A stretch of DNA of 15,611 nt from Candidatus Methylomirabilia bacterium (GCA_041492755.1 JBGPXN010000101.1:1-15611); one strand, 5' to 3'. Counted from the first letter of the stretch, positions 1 to 8,338 are shown. Numbers and translations: made by a program. The notes: generated from the letters alone by a model not told the origin.

Positions 1-1392
1 CCCGTCGCGCGCACGCCGCATCTCGACGCGCTCGCCGCGCGGGGCACCCGATTCGCCAGCGCCTATTGCCAGTCGCCGCTGTGCGTGCCGTCGCGGTCGA
101 GTCTCGCCACCGGCCGCTGGGTGCACACCATCGGGAACTGGGACAACGCCAAACCCTACACCGGCGCGGAAGCGCGCAGCTGGGGCTACCGATTGACCGC
201 GCAGGGTCATCGCGTCGTCACCGTCGGCAAGCTCCACTACCGGGCGCCGGACGACCCCACGGGCTTTCCCGAGCAGCGCCTGCCGCTCCACGTCGTCGAA
301 GGCGTCGGCGACGTGAACCAGCTCTTGCGCGGCGACATGCCGGCGCGCGCCTCCGGACGCACGTACGTGCTCGAGGCGGGACGCGGCGAGAGCGACTACG
401 TCCGCTACGACACGGCCATCGCGGACGATGCGGCACGCTGGCTTCGCGAAGAGGCGCCGGCGGAGCGCCGGCCCTGGGCCCTCTACGTCGGCTTCGTGTG
501 CCCGCACTTTCCGCTGATCGTCCCCGACCGCTACTTCGATCTGTATCGACCGGACGACCTGCCGATGCCGGTGCAGTGGAAGCCGGATGAGTGGCCGCAC
601 CATCCCGCGCTCGATTTCCGGCGGCGACAGCAGGCGCTCGACGAGCCGATCGACGAGCGCGCCCTGCGCAACGCCATGGCCGCCTACTACGGCCTGGTGA
701 CGTTCATCGACGAGCAAGTCGGCCGCGTGCTGGCCGGGCTCGAGGAGGCCGGGCTGGCCGCCGAAACCCGGGTCGTCTACTCCACCGATCACGGCGAGAT
801 GCTCGGCGCGCACGGGCTCTGGTGGAAGAGCGTGATGTACGAAGGCTCGGCGGGCGTGCCGCTGATCGTGGCCGGTCCCGACGTGCCGCGCGGCAAGGTG
901 GTGGGGACCACCGCGATGCTCGTGGACGTCTACCCATCGGTGCTGGAGGCGGTCGGCGTGGAGCCCGATGCCGACGATGCCGGGCTCCCCGGGCGCTCGC
1001 TGTTCGCGCTCGCCTCGGAGCCGGACGCCGCGCGCGCCGCGTTCAGCGAGTACCACGCCGTGTACTCGGCGAACGCGATCTACATGGTGCGCACGGGCCG
1101 GTGGAAGTACGTCGACTACGTCGGCGATCGCCCCCAGCTCTTCGACCTCGAGCGCGATCCGGACGAGACGCGCGACCTCGCCGGGGAGCCCGGCCACGCC
1201 GACGTCGTGGCGGCGTGCGCGCGTGAGCTGCGCGCGCTGCTCAATCCTGAGGCAGTCGATCGCCGGGCGAAGGCGGATCAGGCCCGGCGGCTGGAGGCGG
1301 CGGGCGGCGCCGCCCGGATCCTGGCCGAGGGGGTCAAAGTTCCGTATACGCCCGCTCCGTCGCAATTCGGGCCGGGCGGGGAAAACCCTTGA
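1..1392 (+). CDS. Sulfatase-like hydrolase (Cys-type formylglycine-dependent sulfatase, choline-sulfatase-like clade); 5'-truncated by the window edge
   Basis: Frame 1 is open from base 1 (PVARTPHLDALAARGTRFASAYCQSPLCVPSRSSLATGR). The sulfatase signature CxPxR (CVPSR) lies at 82-96, so the ORF-track GTG start at 85 is internal. Other sulfatase motifs: GKLH, PHFP, STDHGEMLGAHGLWWK..MYEGSAGVPLI, QLFDLERDPDE. Stop TGA 1390-1392. Substrate cannot be assigned. Confidence 0.93.
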   Translation, partial: PVARTPHLDALAARGTRFASAYCQSPLCVPSRSSLATGRWVHTIGNWDNAKPYTGAEARSWGYRLTAQGHRVVTVGKLHYRAPDDPTGFPEQRLPLHVVEGVGDVNQLLRGDMPARASGRTYVLEAGRGESDYVRYDTAIADDAARWLREEAPAERRPWALYVGFVCPHFPLIVPDRYFDLYRPDDLPMPVQWKPDEWPHHPALDFRRRQQALDEPIDERALRNAMAAYYGLVTFIDEQVGRVLAGLEEAGLAAETRVVYSTDHGEMLGAHGLWWKSVMYEGSAGVPLIVAGPDVPRGKVVGTTAMLVDVYPSVLEAVGVEPDADDAGLPGRSLFALASEPDAARAAFSEYHAVYSANAIYMVRTGRWKYVDYVGDRPQLFDLERDPDETRDLAGEPGHADVVAACARELRALLNPEAVDRRAKADQARRLEAAGGAARILAEGVKVPYTPAPSQFGPGGENP

Positions 1393-1442
1393 GGACCAGG
1401 GGACGCTTGACGACCATCGGACGCTTGACGACACCCGGACGC
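1383..1442 (+). repeat. Imperfect 18-bp tandem repeat (three copies plus a partial fourth)
   Basis: GGACGCTTGACGAC occurs exactly at 1401-1414 and 1419-1432. A degenerate copy AAACCCTTGAGGACCAGG at 1383-1400 overlaps the sulfatase stop, and a partial GGACGC sits at 1437-1442. Period is 18 throughout. Confidence 0.85.
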
Positions 1443-1455
1443 CGTCGCGTAAGGT
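1425..1455 (+). promoter_or_regulatory. Possible sigma70-type promoter or Shine-Dalgarno site for the FIST gene
   Basis: TTGACG (1425-1430), a 19-nt spacer, then TAAGGT (1450-1455, TAnnnT), 7 nt before ATG 1463. The spacer is long, and AAGG could instead be the ribosome-binding site. Confidence 0.3.
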
Positions 1456-1462
1456 ATCCGTG

Positions 1463-2596
1463 ATGGAGGTCGAGCAATCCCGCTGGACCCCGGGCGGCTG
1501 GGAGCCGGGCCGCCCCGGGCGGCTGGGAGACCGCGCGCACCTCGTCCTCGCCTTCGGCGGTACCGGCCTCGTGAAGGACGGCGCCCTTCTCGGCGAGCTT
1601 CGGACCGCCCACCCTCGCGCGCATCTGCTCGCCTGCTCCACCGCCGGCGAGATCTTCGGCACCCAGGTCACCGACGATGCGCTCGTCGCGACGGTCGTGC
1701 GGTTCGACGCGACCACCGTCGCCGGCGCGGCCGTCACGGTGCATGAGGCCGACGCCAGCGCCGACGCCGGTGCCGAGCTCGCGCGCGCGCTCGACCCGAA
1801 CGGTCTCGTCCACGTCCTCGTCATATCCGACGGCCTGCACGTCAACGGCAGCGCGCTCGTCCGCGGGCTGGTCACCGGCCTGCCGGCGCACGTGACGATC
1901 ACGGGGGGACTGTCCGGCGACGGGCCCCGCTTCAAGGAGACGTGCGTCGCCTGGGACGGGCTCGCCGCGACCCGCACGGTGGCCGCGGTCGGGTTCTACG
2001 GCAGCCGCCTGCGCGTGGGCCACGGCTCGCTCGGCGGCTGGGACCCGTTCGGCCCGGAGCGGCTCGTCACCCGCTCGCGCGGCAACGTGCTCTACGCCGT
2101 CGACGGGCGCCCCGCGCTCGCGCTCTACAAGGCCTACCTGGGCGGGCACGCGGACGCGCTGCCGGCCTCGGGGCTGCTGTTCCCGCTGAGCCTGCGCACC
2201 GAGCACGGGGGCGGCCTCGTGCGCACGATCCTCGCGGTGGACGAGGCCGAGGGCAGCATGACGTTCGCGGGCGACGTGCCGGAGGGCTCGTACGTGCGCC
2301 TGATGAAGGCCAACTTCGACCGCCTGATCGACGGCGCGGTCGGAGCGGCCCGCGCCAGTCACGAGCGGCTCGGCACGGCGCCCCCCGACCTCGCGGTGCT
2401 GATCTCCTGTGTCGGTCGCAAGCTCGTGCTGCGCCAGCGCGTCGAGGAAGAACTCGAGGGCGTGCGCGAGGTGCTCGGCGATCGCGCCGTCCTCACCGGC
2501 TTCTATTCGTACGGTGAGATCTCGCCGTTCACGCCGACCGCGCGCTGCGAGCTGCACAACCAGACGATGACCATCACCACCCTCGCCGAGCGCTGA
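1463..2596 (+). CDS. FIST N + FIST C domain signal-transduction protein (NosP-like sensor)
   Basis: FIST motifs: CSTAGEI, LVISDGLHVNGS, ITGGLSGDG, GGWDPFGPERLVTRSRGNVLY, LVRTIL, FAGDVPEGS.VRLM, ISCVGRKLVL, GFYSYGEISP..LHNQTMTIT. Start placed at ATG 1463 (GTG 1460 is an alternative), giving 377 aa. The ORF-track extension back to 968 overlaps the sulfatase. Confidence 0.93.
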   Translation: MEVEQSRWTPGGWEPGRPGRLGDRAHLVLAFGGTGLVKDGALLGELRTAHPRAHLLACSTAGEIFGTQVTDDALVATVVRFDATTVAGAAVTVHEADASADAGAELARALDPNGLVHVLVISDGLHVNGSALVRGLVTGLPAHVTITGGLSGDGPRFKETCVAWDGLAATRTVAAVGFYGSRLRVGHGSLGGWDPFGPERLVTRSRGNVLYAVDGRPALALYKAYLGGHADALPASGLLFPLSLRTEHGGGLVRTILAVDEAEGSMTFAGDVPEGSYVRLMKANFDRLIDGAVGAARASHERLGTAPPDLAVLISCVGRKLVLRQRVEEELEGVREVLGDRAVLTGFYSYGEISPFTPTARCELHNQTMTITTLAER

Positions 2597-2602
2597 CGAA
2601 CC

Positions 2603-5600
2603 ATGGCCGACTTCCACAGTCTGCTGCGGCGGCAGCTCAAGCGGGTGTTCGGGCCTTCCGAGGCGGTGCCGCCCGCGCTCCGCCCGCTGCTGGAGGTGGT
2701 GGACGAGGCGTACCGCGAGTTCGACTCCGATCGCGCCCTGCTCGAGCGGTCGCTCGATTTGTCGTCCCAGGAGCTGCTCCGCGCCAACGCGGACATGGTC
2801 GCGCTGTTTCGCGCCGTCCCGGACCGGTTCTACCGCCTCGACGGCGCCGAGCGCGTCATCGACCACCGCGGCGGGCGCATGGGCGACGGCGAGCCGCGCG
2901 TGGTGGGCCGATTCTTTCGCGAGCTGATGCCGGCCTCCGCCGTGTCCGACTTCGAAACGGCGCTCGCCGGCGTCCGGCATCAGCGCACGATCCAGAGCTT
3001 CGAGTACGTCGTCGGCGGCGACGGGGGTGAGACCGCGTGGGAAGCGCGCGTGGTGCCGCTCGCCGACGACGAGGTCGTCGTCATCCTCCGCGACATCTCG
3101 GACCGACGACACGCCCAGGCCGCGACGGCGGCGCTCACGCAAATCGGTCAGGAGCTGGCGGCCACCCTCGACCTCGATCGCGCGGCGCAGCAGATCGTCA
3201 AGGCGGTGGTGGTACTGCTGCAGGCACGCGCCGCCGCGCTCTACCGGGCGGACGCCGGCGGCGCGCTCGTCTGCATCAGCAGCGGTGGCGAATCCGAGCC
3301 GCAGCACTGGGTCGGTCGCGTCCTGCCGCCGGGTGAGGGCGTGGGCGGCCAGGCGGCCGTGCGCCGCCGCGTGGTCTGGTCCGCCGACTTCCTGAACGAT
3401 CCAGCGATTCCCGTCCCACCCTGGCTGAAGAACCGCGCGGAGCACGAAGCCTTCCGAAGCGTGATGGCGGTCCCGCTCGTCAGCCGCGACCGTGTCATCG
3501 GCGTCCTCGCCATGGGCGACGTTCCCGGGCGCGCCTACACCGAAGACGAGCGTCGACTGCTGGCGAGGCTCGGCGATCAGGCCGCGATCGCGATCGAGAA
3601 CGCGCGGCTCTTCGAGGAGAGCGAGCGCCGGCGCCGCGCGGCCGAGGCGCTGGCCGAGCTGGGACGCCTGGTCTCCGCGTCGCTCGAACCGGCCGACGTC
3701 GCCGACCGGGTGCTGCAGGCGCTGCACGGGCTCCTGCCCTGTCGGATGGTCGCGCTGTACCGGACCGAGCCCGAAACCGCAGACCTCGTGCTCGCCGCCG
3801 GCATCGGGCCGCACGTGGACTGGAATCGCCGGCTCGCCCGCGGCACGGGCACCATCGGCCGTGCCGTCCTCGAGCGCCGACCCGCCATGACGACCGACCT
3901 GCTCGCCGACCCCACCATCGCGCTCGCGCCCGCGGCGCGCGCGCGCGTCGAGCGATCCGATTTCCGTGCCGTCCTCGCCGTCCCCCTCGTGACGCCCGAG
4001 AGCGTGCTGGGGGGGCTCGTCGTCGGTGACGCCGCCGGCCGCGTCTTCGATGCCGAGGAGGTGCGCCTCGTGCAGGCGTTGGCCGATCAGGCCGCGCTGG
4101 CGTTGGCCAACGCCGAGCTCTACGCGCAGACGCGCGCGCGCCTCGAGCGCATGCGGCGCCTGGCCGAGCTGTCGCATGTCGTGTCCTCGTCGCTGGATCT
4201 GCAGCACGTGCTCGATGCCGTGGCCGAGGTCTCGCTCGCCGTCCTGCGCGGCGACCTCGCGCGGGTGTGGGTGGCCGACCGGGGGACGGGCCGGTTACGG
4301 GCGGCGGCGCTGCGCGCGGCGGACGGTGTCGTACCGCCCGAGCTGGTGACGCGCGACCTGCCGCTGGGCGAAGGCATCGTCGGCTGGGTGATGCGCCAGA
4401 AGGCGCGCCGGTACTCGCCCGACCTCGCCGAGGATCCGCTCATCCTGAGCAACGACTGGGTCCGGCGACTGGGCTACGTCTCCCAGCTCGCGGTGCCGCT
4501 CGTCGCCGGCGAGGAAGCGGTGGGCGCGCTGGTGGTGCTCACCAAGACCGTCCGCACGTTCAGCGAGGAGGACGTGGACCTCCTCGACGTCTTCGCCGCG
4601 AAGGCGGCCACCGCGCTCACCAACGCGCGGCTCTACCGCGAGGCGCGCGAGGCCTACGACCAGCTGGCGAAAGCGCAGGAGATGCTGGCGCACTCGCAGA
4701 AGATGGAAGCGGTCGGCCGGCTGGCCGGCGGCATCGCGCACGACTTCAACAACATCCTGACCATCATCATGGGCCGCTGCGAGGTGCTGCTGGAGCCGCT
4801 CGAGCCAACCGATCCCCAGCGGCCGGACATCGAGCTGATCGCGAATGCGACCGAGCGCGCGGCCACGCTCACGCGCCAGCTCGTGACGTTCAGCCGGCGC
4901 CAGACCCACGACGTTCGGATCGTGGACCTGAACGTCGTCGCCGGCGGGATGGTCAAGATGCTCCGCCGCCTGATCGGCGAGAACATCGAGCTCGTCACCA
5001 CGCTGGTTCCCGACCCGGTCTACGTTCGCGCCGACGTCGGGCAGATGGAGCAGGTCCTGCTCAACCTCGCCGTCAACGCCCGCGACGCGATGCCGGAGGG
5101 CGGCCAGCTCACGATCGCCACCTCGCGCGTGACGCTCGAGGAGGCGCGGGAAGTCGCCGACGGCCGCGTGGACCCGGGCCCATGGGCCGTGCTGTCGGTC
5201 GCCGATACCGGCCAGGGCATGGACGCCGAGACGCGGCGGCGACTGTTCGAGCCGTTCTTCACGACGAAGAAGACCGGGCGGGGCACCGGACTGGGGCTCT
5301 CGACGGTCTACGGTATCGTCGGTCAGCACCTCGGGCACATCGACGTCGACTCCGCTCCCGCCCGCGGCGCCCGCTTTGCGGTGTACCTCCCCCGCGTCGA
5401 AGGGGACGCCACGACGCGCCAGCGCCGCGAGCCACTCGGCACGCCGGGGCCGCGCGGCATCGAAACCGTGCTCGTGGTCGAAGACGAGGCCCAGGTCCGC
5501 GCCTTCGTGCGTCACACGCTGGAAGTCCACGGCTACACGGTCCTGGAAGCCGGCGAGGGCACCGAGGCGGTCCGGATGGCCTCCGAGTACCCGGGCCGGA

Positions 5601-5839
5601 TCGACCTCCTCGTGACCGATCTGGTGATGCCGTTCATGAGCGGGCGTGCCGTCGCCGACGCCGTGCGGCGGCTGCGCCCCGATGCGCGCACGCTCTACGT
5701 CTCCGGGTACACGGACGACGCCGCCGGGCACGTGAACGAGCTGGAGAGTCCGGATACCGCGTTCATCGAGAAGCCCTTCACCGGCCGGGCGCTGACCACG
5801 ATCGTCCGCGACCTGCTCGACCGCCCCCTGACCCGCTGA
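2603..5839 (+). CDS. Soluble hybrid sensor histidine kinase/response regulator (N-terminal helical segment, PAS, 3x GAF, HisKA, HATPase, REC; CckA-like transmitter)
   Basis: H-box QKMEAVGRLAGGIAHDFNN (His at 4739-4741), N-box EQVLLNLAVNARDAM, G1 DTGQGMD, F-box FEPFFTTK, G2 GTGLGL. REC domain has VLVVEDE, LLVTDLVMP (Asp at 5618-5620), SGY and KPF. Three GAF repeats each contain VPL..G.L and end in AA.A..NA.L(F/Y). The PAS-like region ends in ILRDISDRR. No obvious TM segment. Starts 6 nt after the FIST stop. Confidence 0.95.
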   Translation: MADFHSLLRRQLKRVFGPSEAVPPALRPLLEVVDEAYREFDSDRALLERSLDLSSQELLRANADMVALFRAVPDRFYRLDGAERVIDHRGGRMGDGEPRVVGRFFRELMPASAVSDFETALAGVRHQRTIQSFEYVVGGDGGETAWEARVVPLADDEVVVILRDISDRRHAQAATAALTQIGQELAATLDLDRAAQQIVKAVVVLLQARAAALYRADAGGALVCISSGGESEPQHWVGRVLPPGEGVGGQAAVRRRVVWSADFLNDPAIPVPPWLKNRAEHEAFRSVMAVPLVSRDRVIGVLAMGDVPGRAYTEDERRLLARLGDQAAIAIENARLFEESERRRRAAEALAELGRLVSASLEPADVADRVLQALHGLLPCRMVALYRTEPETADLVLAAGIGPHVDWNRRLARGTGTIGRAVLERRPAMTTDLLADPTIALAPAARARVERSDFRAVLAVPLVTPESVLGGLVVGDAAGRVFDAEEVRLVQALADQAALALANAELYAQTRARLERMRRLAELSHVVSSSLDLQHVLDAVAEVSLAVLRGDLARVWVADRGTGRLRAAALRAADGVVPPELVTRDLPLGEGIVGWVMRQKARRYSPDLAEDPLILSNDWVRRLGYVSQLAVPLVAGEEAVGALVVLTKTVRTFSEEDVDLLDVFAAKAATALTNARLYREAREAYDQLAKAQEMLAHSQKMEAVGRLAGGIAHDFNNILTIIMGRCEVLLEPLEPTDPQRPDIELIANATERAATLTRQLVTFSRRQTHDVRIVDLNVVAGGMVKMLRRLIGENIELVTTLVPDPVYVRADVGQMEQVLLNLAVNARDAMPEGGQLTIATSRVTLEEAREVADGRVDPGPWAVLSVADTGQGMDAETRRRLFEPFFTTKKTGRGTGLGLSTVYGIVGQHLGHIDVDSAPARGARFAVYLPRVEGDATTRQRREPLGTPGPRGIETVLVVEDEAQVRAFVRHTLEVHGYTVLEAGEGTEAVRMASEYPGRIDLLVTDLVMPFMSGRAVADAVRRLRPDARTLYVSGYTDDAAGHVNELESPDTAFIEKPFTGRALTTIVRDLLDRPLTR

Positions 5840-5930
5840 GCCGCCCGCCGCCCGCCCGACCGCGGCCGTAGCATCGGCAACCGCCCAGAGGAGGTCTGAG
5901 GGAATCGGGCCCACCATGTATTCGCCGTAT

Positions 5931-6530
5931 TCACCTGCCCCACACCGTCTGGTACTGCGCGGCCAGTTGCTCGCGCACCGAGGCGACGTCGGGGTGGCGC
6001 CGGGCGTCGATGTAGGCCTGGCGCTGCGCGGGATCGCTGAAGTCGACGCTGCCGGCCACGCAACACATGAGCGAGCGCGGATCGCGGGTGTGGGGGAGTC
6101 CGAGCGCGTGGCCGAGCTCGTGCGCGAGGACCTGGTAGAGCAGCGTCTCGCGCGACGTCTCGCCGCGGACGGTCGGAGCGAAGACGACGATGCGCACCGG
6201 GACCGCGATGACACCATCGGTGACGCCCAGGCGCGTCTGCCCCATCAGCCGCGTCGACGGCGGCGGCTCGAACGCCACGACGACCTGCGCGGCATCCTCG
6301 CCCTCGACGCGGGTGAACGCTGGCACGCCGAGCGAATGCCGAGACAGCGTGTTCCAGTCGACGAGCGTCCGCTGGACGACGGCGTCCAGGTTCGGCTCGC
6401 CGGTCGGCGCCGCGTACACGCCGAGCGGGAACCGCGGGCGGGGGTGGCCTTCCGAGCCGGTCAGCGCAATGTCCGACGCTCCCGCGGTGGCGGCGCTCAG
6501 AAGTGCCAGGGCGACGAGCAAGAGACGCAT
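5931..6530 (-). CDS. Secreted matrixin-family (metzincin, M10-like) zinc metallopeptidase
   Basis: HExxHxxGxxH zinc motif HELGHALGLPH (6090-6122), Met-turn SLM shortly downstream, and a Sec-type signal peptide MRLLLVALALLSAATAGA. 199 aa. Confidence 0.88.
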   Translation of the reverse strand: MRLLLVALALLSAATAGASDIALTGSEGHPRPRFPLGVYAAPTGEPNLDAVVQRTLVDWNTLSRHSLGVPAFTRVEGEDAAQVVVAFEPPPSTRLMGQTRLGVTDGVIAVPVRIVVFAPTVRGETSRETLLYQVLAHELGHALGLPHTRDPRSLMCCVAGSVDFSDPAQRQAYIDARRHPDVASVREQLAAQYQTVWGR

Positions 6531-6560
6531 GGCTCGGGACCGACTCTACACGACGAGGGC

Positions 6561-6566
6561 TATAAT
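6561..6566 (+). promoter_or_regulatory. Perfect -10 box (TATAAT), probable leaderless promoter of the hydantoinase operon
   Basis: TATAAT in a very GC-rich context, 8 nt upstream of ATG 6575, with no Shine-Dalgarno sequence in between. Confidence 0.7.
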
Positions 6567-6574
6567 CCCGACAC

Positions 6575-8338
6575 ATGGCGACCGCGATCGACCCCATCAC
6601 CGTCTCCGTGATCCAGCACCGGCTGCACGCCATCGTCGCCGAGATGGGCGAGGCGATGCTCCGCACGGCGTACTCGCAGATCCTGAACTCGAGCCGCGAC
6701 TTCTCGACGGCCATCGCCGACCCCGACGGCCGGCTGGTCGCCCAGGCCGAGCACGTGCCGATCCACGTGGGCGCGCTGCCGTGGGCGGTGCAGTCGGTGC
6801 GCGCCTTCTTCGGCGACGGCGTGCGGCCGGGTGACGTGTTCCTGCTCAACGACCCGTATCACGGCAACAATCACCTGCCCGACCTCACCGCGTTCGTGCC
6901 GGTCTTCGCGGGCGGACGCCTGCTCTTCTGGTCGATCAACCGCTCGCACCAGTCCGACATCGGCGGCGCCACCCACGGCGCCTACAACCCGGGCGCGACC
7001 GAGATCTGGCAGGAGGGCCTCCGGATCACGCCGCTGCGTCTGTACGACGCCGGCGTGCTGCGCGAAGACGTGTTGCAAATGATCGCCACCAACGTCCGCC
7101 ACCCTCGCGATTTCCGTGGTGACCTGGCCGCGATGATCGGCTCCGCGCGGGTGGGCGAGCGCCGGTTGCAGTCGCTCATCGCCGAGTACGGCGTGGAGCG
7201 CGCGCTGGCCGGCGTCGAGGCCGTGCTCGACGCCGCGGAACGACGCTCGCGCGCGTGCATCGCGGAGTGGAAGGACGGCGTCTACCGCGGCGAGGCGTTC
7301 CTCGACGACGACGGCCGCGGCACCCAGGATCTCTGGATCCGCGCGACCGTCACCAAGCGCGGCTCCGACGTCACCGTCGACATCACCGACTGCCATCCGC
7401 AAGTCACGAGCTTCGTGAACTCCTCGTACGCCAACATGCGGGCCGCGGTGAGCATGGCGCTGGCGTACCTGATCGATCCCGACATCCCGAAGAACGACGG
7501 TGCCTTCCGCCCGCTGCGCGTGATCGCGCGGGAGGGCACCATCGCGTGGGCGCGGTCGCCGGCGCCGGTCACGCTCTGCACCAACCACTGCGCCCAGGAG
7601 ATCGCCGAGGCGGTGATCAAGGCGCTCGCGGGCGCCTGTCCCGAGCGCGCGATGGCGGGCTGGGGGCGGCGCTTCCGCATCGCCATCCAGGGCACGGACC
7701 CGCGCAACGGCCGGCCGTTCATCTGGCACATGTTCCAGGCGCGGCCGGGCGGCGGCGCGTCATCGGCCGGCGACGGCTGGCCGGCGGCCGGCGAATGGCA
7801 GGCCGCGGGCGGGATCAAGTTCGGCAGCATCGAGGTCACCGAGGTGCGCTTCCCGCTCCTGTTCCGTCGCCACGAGTTCCTGGCCGACACCGGCGGCCAG
7901 GGTCGCTACCGTGGCGGCGTCGGCGCCGCGCTCGAGTTCGTGGCCGAGATCGAGGAGCCCGCGCACGCCAACACCGCGGGCGACGGCGTGCGCCACGGCG
8001 CGTGCGGGATGGCCGGCGGCAAGGACGGCACGCCGCATCGCTATCGCCTGCTCTCGAACGGCAGCACGCGCGTGCTCAAGACCAAGGAAGTCGGCGTCCT
8101 CGTGCAGCCCGGCGCGGTGTTCCTCGTGGAGTCGGGGGGCGGGGGCGGCTGGGGTGACCCGCGGAAGCGGACGAAGGAGGCGCGGGCGGCCGACGTCGAG
8201 AACGGCTTCGTGAGCGGCAACGGCGCTGGCGGCTCCCGGCGAAACGGCACGGCGGTGGTGGCGCGCGGCGAACGGCGAAAGGCTCCGCGAGGCGCGACGA
8301 AGACACGTTCCGCCGCGCGCCGCGGGCGGCAACGCTGA
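6575..8338 (+). CDS. Hydantoinase B/5-oxoprolinase family protein (HyuB-like metal-binding hydrolase subunit)
   Basis: Motifs DPITVSVI..RL..I..EMG..MLRTAYS, RDFSTAI, PIHVG, NDPYHGNNHLPD, HQSDIGG, EIWQEGLRI, EVTEVRFPL, DTGGQGRYRGG, GGGGGWGDP and DVENGFVS. Confidence 0.95.
   Translation: MATAIDPITVSVIQHRLHAIVAEMGEAMLRTAYSQILNSSRDFSTAIADPDGRLVAQAEHVPIHVGALPWAVQSVRAFFGDGVRPGDVFLLNDPYHGNNHLPDLTAFVPVFAGGRLLFWSINRSHQSDIGGATHGAYNPGATEIWQEGLRITPLRLYDAGVLREDVLQMIATNVRHPRDFRGDLAAMIGSARVGERRLQSLIAEYGVERALAGVEAVLDAAERRSRACIAEWKDGVYRGEAFLDDDGRGTQDLWIRATVTKRGSDVTVDITDCHPQVTSFVNSSYANMRAAVSMALAYLIDPDIPKNDGAFRPLRVIAREGTIAWARSPAPVTLCTNHCAQEIAEAVIKALAGACPERAMAGWGRRFRIAIQGTDPRNGRPFIWHMFQARPGGGASSAGDGWPAAGEWQAAGGIKFGSIEVTEVRFPLLFRRHEFLADTGGQGRYRGGVGAALEFVAEIEEPAHANTAGDGVRHGACGMAGGKDGTPHRYRLLSNGSTRVLKTKEVGVLVQPGAVFLVESGGGGGWGDPRKRTKEARAADVENGFVSGNGAGGSRRNGTAVVARGERRKAPRGATKTRSAARRGRQR

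Noticed and set aside
85..87. GTG start proposed for the sulfatase
   Set aside because: It lies inside the catalytic CVPSR motif, and the frame is open and sulfatase-like back to base 1.
968..1462. N-terminal extension of the FIST ORF (542-aa version in the ORF track)
   Set aside because: It overlaps the sulfatase in another frame and is low-complexity Arg/Ser/Pro/Thr sequence. The FIST-like sequence begins at MEVEQ (1463).
5840..5865. CCGC-rich run after the kinase stop
   Set aside because: Short low-complexity GC sequence with no convincing stem or U-tract, so it is not supportable as a terminator or repeat element.
1334..6217. Long antisense ORFs 1334-4207 (957 aa) and 4295-6217 (640 aa)
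   Set aside because: They mirror the FIST, kinase and peptidase region, have no recognisable motifs, and are expected shadow ORFs in high-GC DNA where stop codons are rare.
5916..6611. 231-aa + strand ORF with GAGGAGG upstream
   Set aside because: It is antisense to the well-supported metallopeptidase, the purine-rich tract is about 20 nt from the ATG (too far for an SD), and it has no domain motifs.
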